Of a DNA stretch of 64,000 bases, positions 55,120 through 64,000 are shown in pieces. The number at the start of each line of letters is the position of its first letter. The first letter of the stretch is position 1. Position numbers and translations under genes: made by a program. The notes beneath the pieces were generated by a model that was not told the DNA's origin, made no database searches, and worked only from the letters and a program-made list of their open reading frames with translations. Origin of the DNA: Eledone cirrhosa (taxonomy: Eukaryota); assembly GCA_964016885.1 (NCBI GenBank), contig OZ024753.1:23188001-23252000 (forward strand), in the 5' to 3' direction.

Positions 55120-55649
55120 CAACATACCTATATATATATATATATATAGGTATGTTGTATATATATGTAAATGTAACCCAGTACAACCTATGCATGGCCG
55201 GGTCGTCGGCGACTAAACCGGCAACCCCACCAGCTTGCTTTGTAAGGAGGGTGATTTGGGACACCCTACGGAATGAAAAAGAAAACCCGTCAAATGGCAG
55301 AGGATATGAGGAGAGTAATGGTCATCCAATAAAGTGTGTACATATGTATATATTATCATATATAAGGCATATGTCTATTTATAAACACACTTTAATCAAT
55401 TTCACCTTTTCATTTTTATTTTTTCTTCCCTACTTCTTAAATTCTTAACTTCCAAACATTAAACATTTTTTTTTACATGTAAAACTTTTTTGAGAGAGCC
55501 AGTGGAGTGAGAGACCCCTAGATTTCATTTAAGACATCTTTCTATGTGAAAGTCACTCTGATATAAAACCTGCGACCATGTTTGCATCCAATGATGTAGA
55601 CTAGTCCTACTTTTGGGGTAAATGCATTCGATGTTCTGAGTGAGGGATT

Positions 55650-58610
55650 GGCCCCGTGCAAAGCCTTTCTTCACTTAAAAAAGTTTCAAGCACAGTTGTC
55701 ATTCTGGGTGACTTTAACACTAGAGTTGACAAGGATTATGAAACCTAGGATGTGCTCGGAAAACATGGAGTTGGAAGGTGCAACAGCAGTGGTTTACTGC
55801 TGCTACAGATGTGTCAGGAGTTGGATCTGTACATAGCAAACACCCTGTTTCAGCAAAAGGATAAGTACAAAACCACTTGGATACACCCAGGTTCAAAGTT
55901 GCACATGATTGAGTATAATCTTGTTCGTAGGTGTGAAGTTCCTGATGCGTGCAGTGTCAGAGTTATGTGGGGAATGTTGGACTGATCATCGTCTGGTTCG
56001 TGCAAAGTTGAATTTTGGTGTGAAAGCAAAGATTAGGGTGTGTCGTCTGACCATGACAAATAAATTAAATGTGGTTCGTCTAAAAGATGACGTCATTAAG
56101 GTGAAGAGATGACATTCAATGTGATGAATCATGGAACAAGTTCAAAACATCTGTGTATGAAGTCTGCAAGGATGTTCTGGATTTGGTCAAAAGAAAATAT
56201 CAAGACTGGTTTAATGAGAATAACAAAGAGTTTCAGATGCTTTTAAATGAAAGGAACATAGTGATAACGAATGTGCTAACTGGTGGAGCAGACATGAGTA
56301 AGAATGAAGACATGTTCAATATGGTGAAGTATAAAGACCAGCGTAGTCTTCTTAGTGTGTAAGATAGGTGGGGGAGAAATAGAGCAGAGGAGATTCAGAC
56401 TACAACAACACAAAGTTGTATAATTTCTTGCGGAAAGTGTAGGGGCCGTTATCCTCCACAGTTGCACCTCTTCACCTCAGAACGGCAAAAAATTGCTTAG
56501 GGGTTAAAGGGCATTCTTGTCAGGGGACACGAACACTTAGATGGACTTTAAATAAGCCCTCTGAGGTTGATGTCGTGTCTTTCATCACCATTCCTTGCAG
56601 ACCCATTAAAGATGTAACGGCAGAAACTCCTTCCTTAGAGGAAGTCAACACCGCTGTGAAAAAGCTGGATGGTGAAAAAGGTGAATAGAGGTAAGTCACT
56701 TGGGATTGAGAGTCTCTGTGCTGAAATCTTCAAATGTGGAAAAAATGTACTTCGTCGCCTGAATCCAAAAGGTTTGGGTTGAAGTGCCCCCCATGAATGG
56801 AAAGATGTACTAATGGTGGTTCTCTATAAAGCCAGAGGTGGAAGGGATGACTACCAGTTACCATGGGATATACCTTCTGTCTGTTGTAGGCAAGGTCTAA
56901 TGTAGGATCATACTGGACAGGCTCCTTGACAACATCGCTGATGAAATCCTTCCTGAATCTCAATGTGGCTCTATGGAGACAACGAACATGATCTTTATGG
57001 TCAGACAGCTGCAGGGAAATGGTAGGGGGACAGCAGACATGATCTTTATGGTGAGACAGCTGCAGGAAAAATGAATTGAGAAGAGGCTGGACTCTATATC
57101 AGGAGTTTATAGATCTGACAAAGGCTTTTGATACAGTCAATAGAATTGCCGTAGAAGATTCCGTGAAAGCTTGGCTGTCTTGAGAGGTTTCCATGATGGA
57201 ATGAAGGCAAGTGTTAATGTCGGCGGTAAGTTTTCTGATCCCATTGTGGTTGAAAACGGTGTTAAGCAAGGAGACATACCGGCGCCGACTCTGCTTGCGT
57301 TGTACTTAGCTATGGTTTTTTGGTGGCTTTTGAAGGTTGCTCACATGGGGTCTACATTAAATATAGAACAACAGGTAAAGAGTTCAATGTCAGATGGTTT
57401 GCTGCCAGAACGAAGATATTTATATCACTGATACGAGAGTTCCTGTATACTGACGACTGTGATCTCGCTCATTCCGAGAGTGACATGCAACATCTCGTGG
57501 ATTCCTTTTCGAAAGCATGCAGTGCCTTGGGCCTAATAATCAATCTGAAAAATACTGTGGCATTGTACCAACCTACACCAGACAAATCTTACTCTACGCA
57601 CAAACATATATGTCTTTGGTTAGAGATTGAAAGACATGGATAAGTTTGTATATCTAGGCAGCACTGTGAATATGACCAATGCTCTGGATGAAGATATCTC
57701 CCTCTGAATCAAGAAGGCAAGTGATGCATTTGGAAAATTGGATGGACGTCTATGGTTTCAGCATGGTATTTCTTTTGAGACAAAGTTAAAAGTGTATAAT
57801 GCCTGTATGTTGTCCTCTTTGTTGTATGAATCTAAAGCTTGGGTCACTTACTGAAGGCATCTCAAAAGGTTGGGGCACTTTCACGAACAGTTTCTTCGAC
57901 GTATACAGGGTGGCCACTGGAAAATGTACATGAGTGACACTGAAATCCTTGAACGTTGTCACTCTGCCTGTATAGAGTCTCTCATATTTCAACATCGATT
58001 GAGATGGAGTTATCATGTAGTGAGAATGGATTATGATTGCATCCCTAGATAGTACCTGTATGGTGAACTGGTTGATGTAAATGACCGGTGCATAAACCAA
58101 AGTTGAGGTACAGGGATAGCATTAAAAACACACCGAGGAAGATGAAATTATCGGAGAATGACTGGGAGAACCTCGCTCTAGATAGAGTTTCCTGGAGGAA
58201 GGCAGTGCATGATGGGAAGGGACAATTTGAAAGAAACCGTGTTGAGCATGAACAGCTCACGCGGTGTGCTCATAAGGGCATTGAGTCTGGTTTGTCATGT
58301 ACGATGATTTAATTTATAAAGAATGTGGCCAGTTATGTCTAAGTAGGGCGGGTCTTGACAGCCATCAGAGAAGCCATGTACATGGAGACACTGTCAACTG
58401 TATATTGTATGATATTTCTGTTAGGAGTATGGAAAAGAGTGTGCCTCAGTTGGAGGACTGAAACATCATTTGAACGTGCACCAAAACAGGACCGTAACAC
58501 TGTGAGAAGCCTCCATTGTTGTAGCGTCTGTGCAAGGGTGTGAAAGCCCTAGTAGGACTAAAAAGCCACGTCTGTGTTGCTCATATGCTTAGATGTTGCA
58601 GCCATCATAT
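55650..58610 (+). mobile_element. Old, heavily decayed RTE (BovB-like) LINE: APE, RT and zinc-finger remnants
   Basis: GKHGVGRCNSSGLLLL, WTDHRLV, NGVKQGDIPAP, LYTDD, RLRWS.H. Many frameshifts. Confidence 0.9.
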
Positions 58611-58822
58611 AAGTATGTTGTATGTATATATAAATGTATATGTAAGTATGTTGTATGTATATATAAATGTATATATAAATGTATATGTATGTATGTTGTA
58701 TGTATATATAAATGTATATATAAGTATGTTGTATGTATATATAAATGTATATGTATGTATGTTGTATGTATATATAAATGTATATGTAAGTATGTTGTAT
58801 GTATATATAAATCTATATATAA
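58611..58822. repeat. TATG/TA minisatellite (GTATGTTGTATGTATATATAAATGTATA), resumed at about 62242-62360
   Basis: Read directly. Confidence 0.9.
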
Positions 58823-61800
58823 ACTAGAAGAATTCCCAGTAGGGATTAGTGAGCGTCTAATATCCATGAGAATTCCGCTCGACAAAGGAAGATATGCGAC
58901 CCTGGTGAGTGTGTATGCTCCAACTATGAATTCTGTCGATGAAGAAAAAGTGTCCTTTTACCATGCCTTGAAAGGTGTTTTAAGAAATATCCCTCAGGCA
59001 GACAAAGTCATCGTGCTTGGTGACTTTAATGCTAGAGTGGGTAGGGATTTTAACACATGGAATGTAATCGGAAGGCATGGGGTGGGAAAGTGTAACAACA
59101 ATGGTATGCTCCTGCTGCAGATGTGTGAGGAGCTGGATCTGTGTGTTACCAACACCATGTTCCAACAAAAGAACAAATTCAAGACCACATGGATGCATCC
59201 TGCATCTAAGGAATGGCATCTTTTTGACTCCGTGCAGTGTGTTCGTGCTCTTCGTGGAGCTGAGTGCTGGACGGACCACCGCCTGGTACGCGCAAAAGTG
59301 AAACTAATCACTAAACGTAAAATCCGGGCTCCTGGTGTCGCCCTGCCCAAAAGATTGAATGCTGCTCGTCTTAAGGATAAAAATGTGAAGAGGACATTGG
59401 AAGAAGAGATGCAGGCTGCAGATCTTGGTGAGGATTGGCCGACCCTTAAAAAGTCGGTTTATGATGTAGGCAGGCGTGTTCTGGGATTGGTGCAGAGAAA
59501 ACATCAGGACTGGTTTAATGAGAATGATGTACATATAGAAGACTTGTTGGCTGATAAGAGGCGTGCTCTGTCACGCTACTTGACGGCAAAACCACAGGAG
59601 AGGAATACGTTGCATCAGGAACTCAAGGATGTAAAATCACGTGTTAGGCGGAGTCTTTCTCAGATGAAGGATCAGTGGTGGAGTGAGAAGGCTGGTGAGA
59701 TACAAACTCGTCAGATTCCAATAATACAAAGCTGTTGTACACTCTCTTGCGTGAGGTTTATGGACCGTCTTCTTCTCTGGTGACACCGCTTCGCAGCAAG
59801 TATGGTAAATAACTTCTTCGTGACTCACAAGGATTTCTACGAAGGTGGCGAGAGCACTTTGATGATCTTTTGAATCAGCCGTCTGTCGTCAGTGAAGATC
59901 TCCTCAATCTCATTCCAGAAAGTCCTGTGAAAGTAGCTCTCGCAGAACCTCCGACGCTTGTGGAGGTTGCAGTGGCTATTTCGAAGCTAGACAGTGGAAG
60001 ATCTCCAGGTATGGATGGCATACATGCTGAGCTCCTACAATATAGTGGTGAGAGACTCCTGCAACATCTTCACTCTTTGTTTGGCAGGATATGGGTTAAT
60101 GGATCCGTACCTGAGGACTGGAGAGATGCAGTAATGGTGGTCTTGTACAAGGGAAAGGGTAACATGAATGATTGTGGGAACTACAGAGATATATCATTGC
60201 TTTCTGTCGTAGGGAAAATTTTATGTAGGGTGCTTCTGGACCGTCTGCTGACACACGTTGCAGATTGTGTTCTTCCTGAGAGTCAATCTGGTTTTCGTGC
60301 TGGACGCGGCACTACTGATATGATCTTCTCAGCTAGACAGCTCCAGGAGAAGTGCATGGAACAAGGCTTGGATCTGTATCAGGTTTTTGTCGATCTGACA
60401 AAAGCTTTCGATACTGTTAACAGAGATGCATTATGGAAGGTTCTCCAGAAACTTGGTTGCCTTGATAAGTTCCTTGCTTTAGTTAGGTCTTTCCATGACG
60501 ACATGAAGGCTTGAGTTAATGTCAGAGGTAACATGTCGGAGCCTATCTCAGTAAAAAATGGAGTGAAACAGGGGGATATTCCAGCACCGACCCTGTTTGC
60601 AATGGTTTTTTGTATTGCATTCAGGAATTGCGAGCATCTTGTTTACATCCGATATCGAACCTCAGGCAGCATATTTAGCACCAGGAGCTTTGCTGCAAAG
60701 ACAAAAGTATTTATATCAATCATAAGAGACCTCTTGTATGCAGATGATTGCGATCTTGTAGCGCACACAGAGAGTGATATGCAGCATATTTTGAATGCAT
60801 TTTCTGACGCTTGCACTTGTCTCAAGAAAACCGTCGTCATGTACCAACCTGCCCCTGGTAAACAGTACACTGAGCCAAATATCTATGTGTACGGTAAAAG
60901 ACTTGGAGTGGTTGATTAGTTTGTCTACCTGGGAAGCACTGTCAATCGATACAGCAACCTTGACGGTGAAATCTCACTTAGGATTAGGAGAGCAGGTGAT
61001 GCTTTCGGAAAGCTAGAAAGGCGACTCTGGGATCGGCGAGACATATGCAGGAGGACAAAGGTAAAGGTGTACAGGGCATGTGTGCTCTCTTGTCTTCTTT
61101 ATGTCTGCGAGACCTGGGTCACATATCGAAACCACCTTAAGCAATTGGAGCGTTTCTATCAGATGTGTCTCAGACGGATCCATGGCGGTCACTGGAGGGA
61201 CCACATCAGGGATGTCGAGATATTGGAAAGCTCTATGTGTGACAGTATAGAAGCTCTTGTGCTTAAGCAACGACTCCGTTGGAGTGGTCACCTTGCCAAG
61301 ATGAAGGATTCTAGAATACCAAAACAACTCTTTTATGGAGAGTTGGTTAAAGAAAACGACCGCCACATAAACCAAAAAAGAGGTATAAGGATTCCTTGAA
61401 AGCCTCTCTGAAAGACGCTAACATCTCTGCTGATACATGGGAAAATATTGCTGCTGATCGTAATAAATGGACAAAGACTGTATATGAGGGAAAAGTTGCC
61501 TTTGTGGCATCTCGAATCGCATACGAGAAAGTAAAGCGGGATGTGAGGAAGGGCATTGCTGTTGCACTTCCAGACGGCGAGGGTCCTCTTATGGTGCTGA
61601 CATGCAGCGTCTGTGCGAGACTCTGCCTAAGCAAAGCTGGACTCGAAAGTCATCTTCGCAGTCATAAAATAAGACCAGTGGTTGACTACCAGGCTGCTGT
61701 TGGAGATGCTTCTCATCATGCTTGCCAAACATGTGGTAGAGAATGTAAATCAGCAGGAGGGCTCAAGCGACATGCAAAAGTACACGAACTCCAACCACAG

Positions 61801-62088
61801 CCGACTATTCCCAGTGAATGTTTTAGTTGCCGACTCTGTGCAAAACATTTTAGATCATTGGCTGGGCTAAAAAGCCACATTCGATCGCAGCGCTGTTAGT
61901 TGCTATCATGTGTGTGTGTGTGTATAGATATGTTTATGTGTGTGCGTATATGTGTATATATATATATGTATATGTATATTATTATTGTTGTTGTCGTTAT
62001 TATTATTGTTGTTATTATTATTATTATTGTTATTAATGTATATGTGTGTGAGTGTATATATGTGTGTGTATATATGTATATGTATATG

Positions 62089-62161
<73 letters not shown>

Positions 62162-62241
62162 CTTTTTTTTTATTTATTTATTAATTTTTTTTTCTCCTCG
62201 AGCAATTGCCATACTCTATAACGAGGGGGCAGCCATCATAT
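58823..62241 (+). mobile_element. Younger 5'-truncated RTE (BovB-like) LINE: APE, RT and three C-terminal C2H2 fingers
   Basis: SVYAPT, GDFNARVG, QSGFRAGRGTTD, FVDLTKAFD, GVKQGD, LYADD; CSVC..HLRSH, CQTC..HAKVH, CRLC..HIRS. A few stops and frameshifts. Confidence 0.94.
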
Positions 62242-62734
62242 ATAAATGTATATGTATGTATGTTGTATGTATATATAAATGTATATATAAGTATGTTGTA
62301 TGTATATGTATGTATGTTGTATGTACATTGTAAGTATGTTGTATGTATATATAAATGTATCCGTATGTATGCTACACTCGTATGTATAACATATATAGAA
62401 TGCGTGTAGGTGTATATATTTTGTGTAAAGTGTGTTGCGTCAGAAATATAGGTGTGTGTGCCCATATGCTTATATCGATCACTTCTTACACTGCACTCTA
62501 GTTACTCCATATGCAATCGTTGTAAAATGTATCGATTAGGAAAAGGTATAGCCACTTCATAGCTCCATCTGTCTCTCTTAAACAAAAGTATTTAAAAAAT
62601 CAATACAAAATATATTGATTTTAATTCTCTATTTAATCACAGAATTTATATTTCTTAATATGATATACATGTCTGTAGACACGTTGGTTCTTGTGTGCAA
62701 CCATATATATGTGTATGTGTGTGTGTATGTTATG

Positions 62735-62783
<49 letters not shown>

Positions 62784-63159
62784 TGACAGAGAGGTAGATA
62801 GAGAGAGGGGGTGGAGGGTGAACTAAATCATTAAACTAACATTTTAGTTTAACGTAGAAATATCGAAATAAATATTCTACAAAATTTATCATCGAGGAAA
62901 CTCTACATGGTCATTTGCCCTGCTAACAATAGCAGCCGAATATTTCATATCATATCCTAGTGTCTTAAACATTGAACACATTGGATGTTGTATTTATAGA
63001 TATATCTTAAATGAAAGAAAACATTGATGGGAAGGTTACGGTTGGAATGTGTTTGATCATAAGTTTACGTAAATATGAACTTGGGTCAAAGCCAAAACAA
63101 AGTTATGTACAAAACCTTTGTGCATTTGGAAAGACCACACTTTGAATGACATAGTCAAA

Positions 63160-64000
63160 AAACTCTTTCAATGATAATGTCAAAACCCCCTCTTTCAATG
63201 ACATTCAAAAACCATTCTTTCAATGACAGGCAAAACCCACTCTTTCAATGACAGTCAAAACACACTCTTTCAATGACAGTCAAAACCCACTCTTTCAATG
63301 ACTGTCAAAACCCACTCTTTCAATGACAGTCAAAAACCCACTCTTTCAATGACAGCTAAAACCCACTCTTTCAATGACAATGTCAAAACCCAATCTTTCA
63401 ATGACAATGTCAAAACCTACTCTTTCAATGACAGTCAAAACCAACTCTTTCAATGACAGTCAAAACCCACTCTTTCAATGACAATGTCAAAACCCACTCT
63501 TTCAATGACAGTCGAAACCCACTATTTCAATGACAATGTCAAAACCTACACTTTCAATGACAATGTCACAACCTACTCTTTCAATGACAGTCAAAACCCA
63601 CTTTTTCAATGATAGCCAAAACTCACTCCTCCAATGACAATTTCAAAACCCACCCTTTCCATGACAATGTCAAAACCTTCTCTTTCAATGACAGTCAAAA
63701 CCCACTCTTTTAATGAGAGTCAAAACCCACTCTTTCAATGACAGTCAAAACCCACTCTTTCAATGACAATGTCAAAACCCACTCTTTCAATGACAGTCAA
63801 AACCCACTATTTCAATGACAATGTCAAAACCCACTCTTTCAATGACAATGTCAAAACCTACTACTTCAATGACAGCCAAAATCTACTCTTTCAATGACAA
63901 TGTCAACACCCACTCTTTCAATGACAGTCAAAACACACTTCAATGACAATCAAAACCCACTCTTTAAATGACAGTCAAAACCTACTCTTTCAATGACAGC
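63160..64000. repeat. 25/27-bp satellite CCACTCTTTCAATGACA(AT)GTCAAAAC, runs off the window
   Basis: Read directly. Confidence 0.96.

Noticed and set aside
61396-61899. Stand-alone host C2H2 gene
   Set aside because: Contiguous with the RTE RT C-terminus and followed by the element's 3' end.

Overview
Repeat-saturated, AT-rich animal DNA with no recognisable host gene. Cephalopod/octopus origin is inferred from an octopus-type tRNA-derived SINE, RTE LINEs with C2H2 tails and very dense (TA)n tracts. A 28-bp satellite (1-9752) and a 25/27-bp satellite (about 63160-64000) bracket the window. Between them lie decayed retroelements, mostly separated by (TA)n: Penelope-like elements (PLEs) of about three lineages, a nearly full-length CR1-type LINE, four RTE LINE copies and a CRE-like fragment. 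The most notable signal is non-coding. I read seven canonical minimal type I hammerhead ribozymes (HHRs) from six unrelated sequence families, plus variant and decayed copies, mostly 30-230 nt from a (TA)n tract. There are also about eight microsatellite-bounded units present as 1.1-2.3 tandem copies, and more than ten near-perfect fold-back palindromes. Together these suggest a PLE-driven, microsatellite-targeted population of ribozyme-bearing non-autonomous (pLTR/retrozyme-like) RNAs. All folds and alignments were done by eye and boundaries are approximate.
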